Of a stretch of 32,000 nt of DNA, positions 10,700-19,772 are shown piece by piece. The notes beneath the pieces are model-generated. The model was not told the origin of the DNA and made no database searches. It saw only the letters and a program-made list of their open reading frames with translations. Positions within the stretch are counted from its first letter, which is position 1, and every line of letters begins with the position of its first letter. The DNA is from Promethearchaeum syntrophicum. Lineage in GTDB: Archaea > Asgardarchaeota > Lokiarchaeia > Sigyniarchaeales > Promethearchaeaceae. The DNA lies in assembly GCF_008000775.2 (NCBI RefSeq), contig NZ_CP042905.2, positions 1,680,001 through 1,712,000 on the forward strand, in the 5' to 3' direction. A program made the translations under genes and the position numbers.

Positions 10700-10938
10700 T
10701 CACCATATTCTGCTTTGAAATTTTTCTGAAACTCTTGGATTGTACTATAATAGTCATCATATTCAGATTTACTCATGTCCTCCCATCCTTTTGAATTATC
10801 AAACCAGTGAATCATGTTTTCTGCTGTAAAATTCAAACACAATCGTTCAATTGTATCCCCAAAACTCTCAGATGGCAATTTAATTTTCTTTAAAAGATGA
10901 TAAATTTTTTCAGTTACTGATATCGTTTTTGACGCCAT
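10696..10938 (-). CDS. VapB-like antitoxin
   Basis: ASKTISVTEKIYHLLKKIKLPSESFGDTIERL; 4-nt overlap with the downstream PIN gene. Confidence 0.75.
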   Translation of the reverse strand: MASKTISVTEKIYHLLKKIKLPSESFGDTIERLCLNFTAENMIHWFDNSKGWEDMSKSEYDDYYSTIQEFQKNFKAEYGD

Positions 10939-11117
10939 AATAAAATAACATCTACATATATATATATAAATATCGAATAGAATTTGGAATAAATCTTTCC
11001 TTCTCTAGGAAATTCTTTTCTTAACAATGTTATCTACGTATTATTAAAATGATAACGCCCATTTTATTTTCCAAAGAATCAAAGTAATTTAGAAAACTAT
11101 AAAGTAGTGTCAAAATC

Positions 11118-13052
11118 TTGCCAATATATCCAAATGAAGTATGCCCCGTCTGCGGAAAAAATCCAAATATTACATATATTTGTGAAGATTGTAATGAGAT
11201 TTTTTGCGAAGATTGTGTCGATCTTCATGGTGAAGATAATTTAGCCTGTTTACAATGTGGAGGTTCAGATATTCATTATGATAAACATGGGCGTTCTTTT
11301 TGTAGAGATTGTGGCAGTCATGATATGCGAAACGTTAAAAATATAAACCCTACCTGTAGAATTTGTGAGAGTGAGAATGTTGTTTTAATTACAGAAAAAC
11401 AAAAGCAATTAATCGAAGATTTTAAGACGATAATCAAAGATACTCGAGCTTTCATTAAACCACTTGAAGAAATGGTAGAGAGATTAACTATTTATCGCCA
11501 CAATTTATACCAATTAAGAAAGGAATATCCCCCTTGTTATCATTACCCAACATTGGAAGAAGATGCTATTATTAACTTTAAATTATTTGATAAAGCCAAA
11601 AGTACATTATATGAACATGTAAATCGATTTTTCCAAGAGATTCAGCACAATATCAACTATATCGCTGAAATCCAAGTAACCCATCCAAGTAATTTACCCT
11701 ATATCAGTGAAATTCTGAAACATTTTGAAAGAGAAAGAAAGAAGGTAACTAATCTTTCCATAAACAACGTGGAAATTATTGATAAAAGAATTAGTCCAGA
11801 TGAAGAAAAAGTGGAATTTATGGGAGCTATGCAAGGATTTTTCACTTCTTTCATTGGAAAACTACAGTTGGAAAGAGATGAGAAAATTGTTTTTGCTTTA
11901 AAATGTAGGCTCTCCACAGGTACATCAAAGAAAAAAGATTATAGCAATAAAAACGGCACAATTTTAATCACCAATAAAAGATTATACTTCTATCATGAAC
12001 AAGGTGTCTTTCAAAAACGAACTGTTGAATTGTTTTCTGTCAAACTTTCTGATCTACAACAAGCAGGGGTAAAAGGAAGACTGAAAAAGAAAGTTTCTCT
12101 GGAATTTTTAAATTCGATGTACCAGTTTTCGATCTCTAAAGATAATCGCGAGGAATTAATTAACTGGATTGAAAAAGCTAGAAAATTTGGATCAAACAAT
12201 AAGCACAACGAAGACGGAATTAAAAACCTTGCAAAATACAAGTTAAACACTAAATTATTTAGAGAAGATTTAGAAAATACTATTTACGAATTGATAGGTT
12301 ATCACGGTTCTTATGTTGATAATCCAAATTCCTATCAAAATGGTCAAACAATACATCCATCTATGTATCGTAGAAAAGGATTTAAAAGACCACAATCAAA
12401 TAGGGAACAAGAATCACGATTTAAACCCATGAATTTTCAAAATAACTTACAACAACAACCTGAAATTAATACTCAACAAGATAGATATGGATCATTCTCA
12501 AACAGATATGAAGAACCAAAGCAAAATCTAATGACTCCAGCAGGTCATTATGGATATCCCCATGATCATACATCATCTTCATTAAAATCTCGAAATTTTA
12601 ATCAAAATTCCCCAAATCCTGTAAGACATTCCAATTCATATCAATCAAATGAGTTTACATCTCAAAATGGACCAATCGATTTTGGATCTCAAAGTCATTT
12701 TGGTCAAGTTCCGCATAGTAATCCTCAAAATTTCAATAATAACGTAGATGATTATAAATATAGGAATCAATCAGTCACTACTCCCGCTTATCCCTCCAAT
12801 ATGAACAATTTTTATAAACAACATAATGAGGAAATGAATTTAAGAAAACAAGTTGATAAATTACGACAGGAAGATTATGCCTTATCTCAAACGATTACCA
12901 TGCTTGAACAGCGATCCGATAAAGGGATGATAAACAATATCGAATTTGTGAAATCATATAAGCAATTACAAGTTGAAAAATATGTTATTCAGGATAAGAT
13001 AAATGAAATTGAGAAATTTCTTAGTGAAAAAAACAGTATGAGAAATAATTAA
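11118..13052 (+). CDS. TRIM-like architecture: B-box-like zinc finger, coiled coil, GRAM/bacterial-PH-like domain, Q/N-rich tail, C-terminal coiled coil
   Basis: TTG start; CPVCGKNPNITYICEDCNEIFCEDCVDLHG + CLQCGG...CRDCG...CRICE; NGTILITNKRLYFYHEQGVFQKRTVELFSVKLSDL..YQFSISKDNREELINWIEKAR resembles PH/GRAM repeats; low-complexity N/Q/S/P region about 12330-12830. Confidence 0.65.
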   Translation: MPIYPNEVCPVCGKNPNITYICEDCNEIFCEDCVDLHGEDNLACLQCGGSDIHYDKHGRSFCRDCGSHDMRNVKNINPTCRICESENVVLITEKQKQLIEDFKTIIKDTRAFIKPLEEMVERLTIYRHNLYQLRKEYPPCYHYPTLEEDAIINFKLFDKAKSTLYEHVNRFFQEIQHNINYIAEIQVTHPSNLPYISEILKHFERERKKVTNLSINNVEIIDKRISPDEEKVEFMGAMQGFFTSFIGKLQLERDEKIVFALKCRLSTGTSKKKDYSNKNGTILITNKRLYFYHEQGVFQKRTVELFSVKLSDLQQAGVKGRLKKKVSLEFLNSMYQFSISKDNREELINWIEKARKFGSNNKHNEDGIKNLAKYKLNTKLFREDLENTIYELIGYHGSYVDNPNSYQNGQTIHPSMYRRKGFKRPQSNREQESRFKPMNFQNNLQQQPEINTQQDRYGSFSNRYEEPKQNLMTPAGHYGYPHDHTSSSLKSRNFNQNSPNPVRHSNSYQSNEFTSQNGPIDFGSQSHFGQVPHSNPQNFNNNVDDYKYRNQSVTTPAYPSNMNNFYKQHNEEMNLRKQVDKLRQEDYALSQTITMLEQRSDKGMINNIEFVKSYKQLQVEKYVIQDKINEIEKFLSEKNSMRNN

Positions 13053-13070
13053 CTCAATTTTTTTTAAGTT

Positions 13071-14276
13071 TTACAAAGATTCAATAATTTTATTTTGTGC
13101 TATTAGCATATCCTTGAATATTAAATCCATCGCTTGTAAAATATCCTTGGAAGTAGAAGGTATACTGCGCTTTGCGTTAACGCTTGCTAAAATTATTTCT
13201 GAAAGACCACGAATGATCATATCTGGGGAATACCAAGGACGTTTAGATGCCCACCATTGTTGGCAAGAGTGAATACCTCGATCTAAAAAACTTCTAGCAT
13301 TAGTATATAGATGTTTTTGATCATTATCCATTCCGTTGTGATATTTTTCCGCCAAATGAACAGTTGTTAATGCGTACATTATCATTCGGTGCTGTTCAAG
13401 ATGTAATGGATTATTTGGGTCGAACCATAAAGGGAACGGGACTTTTCGATCGAGATCGTACGGCATTGTGCTCCAACTAGAAGCCTTTGGAATTTGTTTT
13501 GAACCCTTTGGAAATTTTTCAATTATTTCTGAAACCGTACAAAGTTTTATATCGTTTCTATTAGGGAGTGCCTTAAATAGAGGGATTAGAAAATTCTTAA
13601 TTGCATGTTTTACATGGTGACCGAAAGTTTCACCGTCCATAGCCAGAATTACGTAATAATCGTGATCCTGGTTCTTATATTTTAACCTATTGGCAAATGC
13701 TTCAACCGTGTTTATTTTATCGAATGCACAATCAATTGAAATCATATCATCTCTGAAAACCAAATTTAATCCATTTTTTTCATGTTGAGAAATAAATGTA
13801 CTTGGAAATTCCGGTAGTGAATTTGCAATTCCTGAGCTTATGACCCAATCAAACCCAAGTTTCTTAATCGCTGGAAATATTTCTTCACTTATTGCCATTT
13901 CTGGTGGAAAAAAACCTTTAGGATTATAGATACTTCCGAAATATTTCCGGTTTGTTTCATTATTGATTTTAATTTGACGTAATACTTCCGGTTCTGGAAT
14001 TAATGGTAATAATGGATGAAATTTTCCCGAACCAGTGAAATCTATTTGTCCTCGTGAAGCCAATGTGGATATTCCCTCAATAATATCTTGATAGCCATAA
14101 TCATCTAGCTGTTCTGTTAATGTTGCATTAATATTGAGGGATATCTTGGCTTTCGGATGATCCCGTAAAGCATTCAAAATAGGACGGTATGATTCGTTAA
14201 CGATTTGCTTAATCACTGGTGCAATTTGAACGGGTGGTTGATATATATGTAATAGAAATGCAAAATAAACGACCAT
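13071..14276 (-). CDS. Glycoside hydrolase family 57-like protein
   Basis: LLHIYQPPVQ, GKFHPLLPLIPEPEVLRQI, PKGFFPPEMAISEEI, VILAMDGETFGHH. Confidence 0.82.
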   Translation of the reverse strand: MVVYFAFLLHIYQPPVQIAPVIKQIVNESYRPILNALRDHPKAKISLNINATLTEQLDDYGYQDIIEGISTLASRGQIDFTGSGKFHPLLPLIPEPEVLRQIKINNETNRKYFGSIYNPKGFFPPEMAISEEIFPAIKKLGFDWVISSGIANSLPEFPSTFISQHEKNGLNLVFRDDMISIDCAFDKINTVEAFANRLKYKNQDHDYYVILAMDGETFGHHVKHAIKNFLIPLFKALPNRNDIKLCTVSEIIEKFPKGSKQIPKASSWSTMPYDLDRKVPFPLWFDPNNPLHLEQHRMIMYALTTVHLAEKYHNGMDNDQKHLYTNARSFLDRGIHSCQQWWASKRPWYSPDMIIRGLSEIILASVNAKRSIPSTSKDILQAMDLIFKDMLIAQNKIIESL

Positions 14277-14332
14277 AATATATAATATTGCAATTATCCT
14301 TTATAAAGAAAAGAAAAAATTTTGGGGTTATT

Positions 14333-15406
14333 TCAGAATTTGTATCCACAAGCGTGACAAAATGGAGTATTAAGATCTTCATGTTGTTTACCACAAAATG
14401 GACATTTTTTCTTTTTAAATACATGAGAAATGTCTTCTTTTTTTAAATTATTGCTCTGAATCGGTTTTCTTGATATTTTATGTTGGGTTATATCCGCTTC
14501 AAATATAAATTCTGGTTGGTTTACTATTTCGGGTTTAGTTTCTACTTTAACGATGGTAGATTCAAATTGCTGTTTAGGTATTTCTTCTTTTATAATAATT
14601 TCTGGTTGATTTTTCGATTCATTTATTTGTTCAACAGCTTCTTCTTGAATCGAATTTTTCGATATTTTTACGGATTCAGACTCGAATTCTTCTTTTTCGA
14701 CTTTTATTTCTTGAACAAGTTCATTTTTATTTTTGTTTTTCTGGCCATAAAGTACGATTTGGGGCAATCTTCGTTGAAATTTTTCTAAACTTGTTATCAA
14801 CACTGAATTTCGATTATAGAAATATGTGTAGGTTTTCATATTCATTAATACCATTCCAAACGCAGCAAAAATACTTACACTTATTAGTTGAAGGTTAAAA
14901 TACAAAGACCAAGATGCAATAATTCCAATCACAACAAATAGCGGGCCTATTAGAATATTTTTTTGTAAAATCTTTGTGGTTTCATTCTTTCTTAGGCTCA
15001 AATACTTGTTAATATATATAAAAAATAAAATGATAGCTCCAATATAATGATAAAAAGGAAATATTGGGAAATAAATAAGGAGAAAGAACAAAAATAAGAT
15101 AATGTTCAATGCCTTGATAGATTTGAATTCTTCATTTAAATTTAGATCTCTAATGTAAAATAAAATTTTTTTTGTATGGAAAATATATAGAAAAAAACCT
15201 ATAAGGACAACACAACCAATAAAAAAATCAAACCCATTAGCAGTTACAACGTAGCCTTCTGTGTTAAAAATTCTATATAGGAGATCCATAATAAAAAGAA
15301 ATAAGTTAGAAATTAGAATAATATTCAAAAGATATTTAAAATTTCTAAATAACTCTTTAAAATTTTTCAAAGTTCCTTCAGTTATAATTTCAGCCATTAA
15401 TATCAT
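14333..15406 (-). CDS. Multi-pass membrane protein with charged linker and C-terminal zinc ribbon
   Basis: Many TM segments followed by an acidic/basic tail and CPFCGKQHEDLNTPFCHACGYKF. Confidence 0.65.
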   Translation of the reverse strand: MILMAEIITEGTLKNFKELFRNFKYLLNIILISNLFLFIMDLLYRIFNTEGYVVTANGFDFFIGCVVLIGFFLYIFHTKKILFYIRDLNLNEEFKSIKALNIILFLFFLLIYFPIFPFYHYIGAIILFFIYINKYLSLRKNETTKILQKNILIGPLFVVIGIIASWSLYFNLQLISVSIFAAFGMVLMNMKTYTYFYNRNSVLITSLEKFQRRLPQIVLYGQKNKNKNELVQEIKVEKEEFESESVKISKNSIQEEAVEQINESKNQPEIIIKEEIPKQQFESTIVKVETKPEIVNQPEFIFEADITQHKISRKPIQSNNLKKEDISHVFKKKKCPFCGKQHEDLNTPFCHACGYKF

Positions 15407-15469
15407 AACTGAGAAACAATATAATAAATGACTACTATGGTCTGAGTGACATATAAGTAGAAAAAAAAG

Positions 15470-16123
15470 TTAAATATCTAATTCCTTTCTGAGTTGATCA
15501 ATCTCATCTTTCAACTTGTCTTTACTACGCACATCACCGGTTTCTTCTGTGTCATCATAGAGAGACATACTTTCCATATGTTCTGCTTCAGGTGTATCTG
15601 GAAGTTGACCAGCGTCTTCTAACATCAATTCCGTCTCAAGTTGGGCGAGTTCATCATCAATATCGATTCCCATGTCCACCTCTGGGTCACCAGCAAAAAG
15701 TTCTCCCGCCTCGTTGATTTGTTCAATGCTATCTTCAGCTTCTTCAGTGATTTCTAGTGCCCGCTCTGCGTTAACTGTACTTGCAACATTTTTCAATTCA
15801 CCTGCTGAAGCTTCCATTGTTCCAGCAACATCCTTGATTACGCCCGCCTGTTCTAATGCATCTAGATGCCTTTCGCTTCGCATTATCATAGCGTTATATT
15901 GTAAAATTTTTTGTTGATACTGTTTATATCTTACAAGCATAGTCTTGGACGCTTGACGATTTCCAGATTTTAGAAATTTTTTAGCTTTTATTTTACACAA
16001 TTGGGCTTTATTTTCATAGTCCTTGATTTTCAAGTCCAATTTATGGGTTAACGTTTTTAAACGTGCTTCAGTTGTGAGTTTATCATCTTTCTTTCTTTTT
16101 GGAAAGAGTTTATCGAATACCAT
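15470..16123 (-). CDS. ESCRT-III / Snf7 (CHMP4/Vps32-like) protein
   Basis: 217 aa: basic N-terminal KLFPKRKKDDKLTTEARLKTLTHKLDLKIKDYENKAQLC..A..FLKSGNRQASKTMLVRYKQYQQKILQY..., followed by acidic IDDELAQLETELMLEDAGQLPDTPE as in Snf7 family proteins. Confidence 0.82.
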   Translation of the reverse strand: MVFDKLFPKRKKDDKLTTEARLKTLTHKLDLKIKDYENKAQLCKIKAKKFLKSGNRQASKTMLVRYKQYQQKILQYNAMIMRSERHLDALEQAGVIKDVAGTMEASAGELKNVASTVNAERALEITEEAEDSIEQINEAGELFAGDPEVDMGIDIDDELAQLETELMLEDAGQLPDTPEAEHMESMSLYDDTEETGDVRSKDKLKDEIDQLRKELDI

Positions 16124-16236
16124 GATTTATTTTAACCTTCCTTCAAAATTTAATTCTTCTAGTTATTAATCTAATTAATTCTTAAAAAATATTTGTGGGC
16201 GCCAGTTCTTAATAGTTCATAATTGATAAGAAAAAA

Positions 16237-17247
16237 TTAAGATCCCTTTTTTTTATCGATTAATTCAACAATTTCAGATGGTAAATGAATGGCAAATTCA
16301 CAAAATTCACCCCCCATAATAACGGAATCAAGTAATTCTACATCTACTGGACATTCTAATACTGCTTCCCAGTAATTCTTGATAAATCCTCCGCTACAGT
16401 TGCAGAAAATCGGATTAATTGGTTGGTCCTCTTCTAATAAAGCTTCACGAATCATTGGGTTATGGCACACATAATAATTTCTCTTTCGCCTATCCTTCTC
16501 AGATAGAGCCTTATTCGTCATATATGGGATCTTTTTCATTATTATTGTATTCCCTTCTCGAATCCCCGCACTGATTTTTTGATCGTTTTCCACAAAATCC
16601 AGAACTTCCTGAGTAATTGGTTGTGTAAAGAAGAGGGAATTTGCTTTATAATGTTTTCTAAGGTTATCCATTAAGGTTTGATGCTTAAATTTTAGGAGTT
16701 CATCGATATTTTGCGATTTTTGAAAGAATTCATGACCTTGTACATAAGAATCTGGATATTTGTCACGCAGTCCAAGTTTAAAAAATGCTATACTTTTTTC
16801 TGGACCCAATTTCTCAATTATGCGTGCAACTAATTTTTTAATTATTGCTGGTTTTTTCTTTGGGTGCAATCCAAGTGGTGGAACTTCAACTCCAGTGAAT
16901 ATCTCGTCATGAAATTCTTGCCCAAATTTCTCAATGAGTTGTTTAGATAGGTTAGGAAACATTTCCCCTCCATCTATTGTATCCATAGCTGCAATTATCA
17001 TATCTTGATTTTTTAAATAATAACCAAAATAGAGAAGATAAACAAAATTTTGATATGTATTAGTTTTTTCTTGAATCATTTTAGCTGAAAAGTCATGAAC
17101 ATTATCATATGTGCTTGTAGTTATATCAGATCCAACTTCATGTAAGAAACGTTCGAATTTATCGATGATGGTTATTGCATCTGTGATTTTTTCTTGAGAC
17201 ATTTTTTTTTGCTCTAAAAAGTCTTTATAACCGTTCAAAGTCATCAT
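16237..17247 (-). CDS. Conserved-looking Cys-rich protein of unknown function
   Basis: C-terminal YYVCHNPMIREAL...FCNCSGGFIKNYWEAVLECPVDVELLDSVIMGGEFCEFAIHLP, reminiscent of substrate/metal-binding Cys motifs. Confidence 0.6.
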   Translation of the reverse strand: MMTLNGYKDFLEQKKMSQEKITDAITIIDKFERFLHEVGSDITTSTYDNVHDFSAKMIQEKTNTYQNFVYLLYFGYYLKNQDMIIAAMDTIDGGEMFPNLSKQLIEKFGQEFHDEIFTGVEVPPLGLHPKKKPAIIKKLVARIIEKLGPEKSIAFFKLGLRDKYPDSYVQGHEFFQKSQNIDELLKFKHQTLMDNLRKHYKANSLFFTQPITQEVLDFVENDQKISAGIREGNTIIMKKIPYMTNKALSEKDRRKRNYYVCHNPMIREALLEEDQPINPIFCNCSGGFIKNYWEAVLECPVDVELLDSVIMGGEFCEFAIHLPSEIVELIDKKKGS

Positions 17248-17256
17248 AATAACTCC

Positions 17257-18156
17257 TTATGTTTTTTTTACATGTATTTCAACTGAATCAGTAATCCCCA
17301 ATTTCTGAGCTTTTTTTAATATAAAGATATTTGTCTTGCTGAAGTTTTTGATTAACAAAATTTTTAGGGGTGCAAAAATAAATGCCAAGAATATCGGCAT
17401 TAAAGGCCAAAAGACAAGAATTCCAATGTTTGAAACTGCATCAGTGGTTGTATTATAAGAAATTAAATTAACGATAAAAATTATAAACGTAATGATAGCC
17501 GAGATTCCAGAATATCCCTTTAGATAACGATGAAACCACTCCCCTACACTATGTACATTAGTATTTTTAAATTCGTCGTCTTCAACATATTTATTTGTGC
17601 TAATTATTGCAGAATCGATCAAAAAATATATTGAAGTGAATAATATGTTAGCAATAATTGACGTTAATGACATTACAGGCAGTATGACCAAAATATTTGT
17701 AAAAAAGGTTCCTGTTTCTAGCGTTATAGGGTCCAGAAACAATTGTCTAACTGCTGGGAATTCTGATATTATGAACCCTGTATTCAAAGTAAAGAGAGCT
17801 GGGTAAAAAACCCTTGAGAAGCTGAATTTCAATTCTTTTGGGCGTGATATATTTTCAATATAGCACATTTGACTTGATTTATATACTCTTTTATAGATTT
17901 TTAATAAAGATGGTGAGATTAAATATGCACTGTAATATCCAATAAACGGGGAAACATAGTAAAAAAGTATGAATACTCCCAAATCCCATATTACATTATC
18001 AAAAAATGTGATTTTCATTCCACCAGAGGATTTCATAAGAAAACCGGATATTATAATATAAGAAAATGCAATAATTACTCCAATGAAATATTGAATAATC
18101 CATTTTTTTAAACGCGAATTTGTTGTTTTAACGCTAGAATTTTCCATTTTGATCAT
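17257..18156 (-). CDS. Multi-pass membrane protein of unknown function
   Basis: 299 aa, several hydrophobic helices; only about 9 bp from the downstream gene. Confidence 0.55.
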   Translation of the reverse strand: MIKMENSSVKTTNSRLKKWIIQYFIGVIIAFSYIIISGFLMKSSGGMKITFFDNVIWDLGVFILFYYVSPFIGYYSAYLISPSLLKIYKRVYKSSQMCYIENISRPKELKFSFSRVFYPALFTLNTGFIISEFPAVRQLFLDPITLETGTFFTNILVILPVMSLTSIIANILFTSIYFLIDSAIISTNKYVEDDEFKNTNVHSVGEWFHRYLKGYSGISAIITFIIFIVNLISYNTTTDAVSNIGILVFWPLMPIFLAFIFAPLKILLIKNFSKTNIFILKKAQKLGITDSVEIHVKKT

Positions 18157-18524
18157 TACAATTAAGTGATTTAAGAATAAATCTATCTTTAACTATATTA
18201 AATTTTCTGTATTGAATAAATGAGTGAGCCAAAAGTATTCAACTTTGATATTTTCCCCACTAAAATTTAAGAGGGTTAGCTTGTCTGAGTTAATTCCATC
18301 AATTTTTAATCGCTCGTTAAACTGACCTATAAAAAATTTCTTTGATTGGTCTTTAATGAAAATAGATTTGAAGATAACCTCATTTTCCTATTTGTTTCCT
18401 AAAATCTGAAAACTGGGATAGGATATTATATATTGTTCTTAGGTATAATAAGTTACATTTCTTTTCAATTTGTTAGATAAATTAGAATTATATTTATGGA
18501 TTGATTTTTTTTGTTTCAACCCAA

Positions 18525-18959
18525 TCAAGAATTAATTCTCTTTAAAAATCCATCAAAATGATGGTCAAATGACCCCATAAATTCAATTTGAAATTCTTTA
18601 CAGAATATTATGTTTGAAACATCAACGAAACTCATAATTTCTTTTTTTGATTTTGCATTTAGATTTACAGATTTAAACATATTCCATGATTTTTCTTCGA
18701 TTTCAGATGACCAAGTTAAAATTCGAACAAATTTATTCAAACCATACAATAGTGAATAAAATTCTTCAATAATTTCCATATTATGATTTGTTCTAACTAA
18801 AAGCAAAGTTGCAGTTTCAGTAATTATTGCGTTAGATGTATAAATTAATCCAAATTGTCCTGAACTCATTTTTCTAAATATTGAAAGACTTTGTTCATGA
18901 AATTTATCTTTTGGATGGCAAAACCCTAGAAAGAAACCCGAATCTAAAAAAATCCCCAT
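18525..18959 (-). CDS. PIN-domain protein, VapC-like toxin
   Basis: MGIFLDSGFFLGFCHPKD, TSNAIITETATLLLVR, MSFVDVSNIIFCKEF, FDHHFDGFLK. Confidence 0.75.
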   Translation of the reverse strand: MGIFLDSGFFLGFCHPKDKFHEQSLSIFRKMSSGQFGLIYTSNAIITETATLLLVRTNHNMEIIEEFYSLLYGLNKFVRILTWSSEIEEKSWNMFKSVNLNAKSKKEIMSFVDVSNIIFCKEFQIEFMGSFDHHFDGFLKRINS

Positions 18960-18970
18960 TCAATCAACCT

Positions 18971-19255
18971 CTAAAGTAAATATATATCATTATCTTCAGG
19001 ATTATTAAATGTCGCTTCTTGATTATATGGAGTATCTTTAAATCTCTCAAATCTTTCAATGATTTTTTTCGCTCTTTCAGGATTTAACATAGGGGTCGTT
19101 GATGCTAGTGCCAAAATTTCTTCAAAATTCTGTGTAGAATATTTTAAACATAAATCAAGTGTTTCTTGTTGTGTTATTTTCCGACCTAGCCTTAAAATTA
19201 ATTTTGCTTGCATGTCATCAATTAATTTCTTATTTGATATTTTAATTACAGCCAT
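18971..19255 (-). CDS. Probable cognate antitoxin
   Basis: 94 aa, immediately upstream (11 bp gap) of the PIN gene on the same strand; N-terminal half resembles a short DNA-binding segment. Confidence 0.5.
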   Translation of the reverse strand: MAVIKISNKKLIDDMQAKLILRLGRKITQQETLDLCLKYSTQNFEEILALASTTPMLNPERAKKIIERFERFKDTPYNQEATFNNPEDNDIYLL

Positions 19256-19352
19256 ATAATAATATAAAATATACTTGGGTATAAAAAGCTACTTTATAAT
19301 ACAATTTGCCAAATAATTTATAATCATATTTTTGACTTATTTTTAATTGTAG

Positions 19353-19736
19353 AATTTAATATATAATTCAGATTCTTCAATTGGAAATGAAATCAGAACA
19401 CTAACAAAATATCTTTCGGAAATGCAATCGGGAGAAAAAGTCTTTGTAGTCGATAAACAAGGAAATTTTTGTATTGTTTCTGTTGGAAGAGTTAAGATTG
19501 ATACATAACCTATGCTTCTAATTAATTTAGAAGTAAATAACCAAGAAAAACAGAATCAAAGAAAATTTTCTCTTAAAATTACTTTTCAAAATGCTGAGAA
19601 TGTAATGGTAATAAGAACAGATCGGTTAGCAATTTCAGTTTCCAAGTTATAATTAGGAGATGAAGTTCTGGTTATTTTATGTCTTGGAACCACTCACTTT
19701 GGAATAAAAATCAAAGAATATATCATTGAAAAATAG
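19353..19736 (+). pseudogene. C-terminal remnant of archaeal-type 3-dehydroquinate synthase (DHQS II)
   Basis: One continuous frame with two TAA stops (19506-19508, 19650-19652): TLTKYLSEMQSGEKVFVVDKQGNFCIVSVGRVKIDT*PMLLINLEV...ITFQNAENVMVIRTDRLAISVSKL*LGDEVLVILCLGTTHFGIKIKEYIIEK*; matches the VGRVKIE.RP..LIEAE...LQNAE...GDEVLV....RHFG..I.E.IIEK C-terminus of DHQS II. Confidence 0.82.
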
Positions 19737-19772
19737 AATATAATAAAATGTAATAAAAATAAATCATAAATT

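Noticed and set aside
19506-19652. Stop-codon recoding in the DHQS-like frame
   Set aside because: Both interrupting codons are TAA, not the TAG or TGA usually recoded, and the N-terminal part of the gene is absent; decay is simpler.
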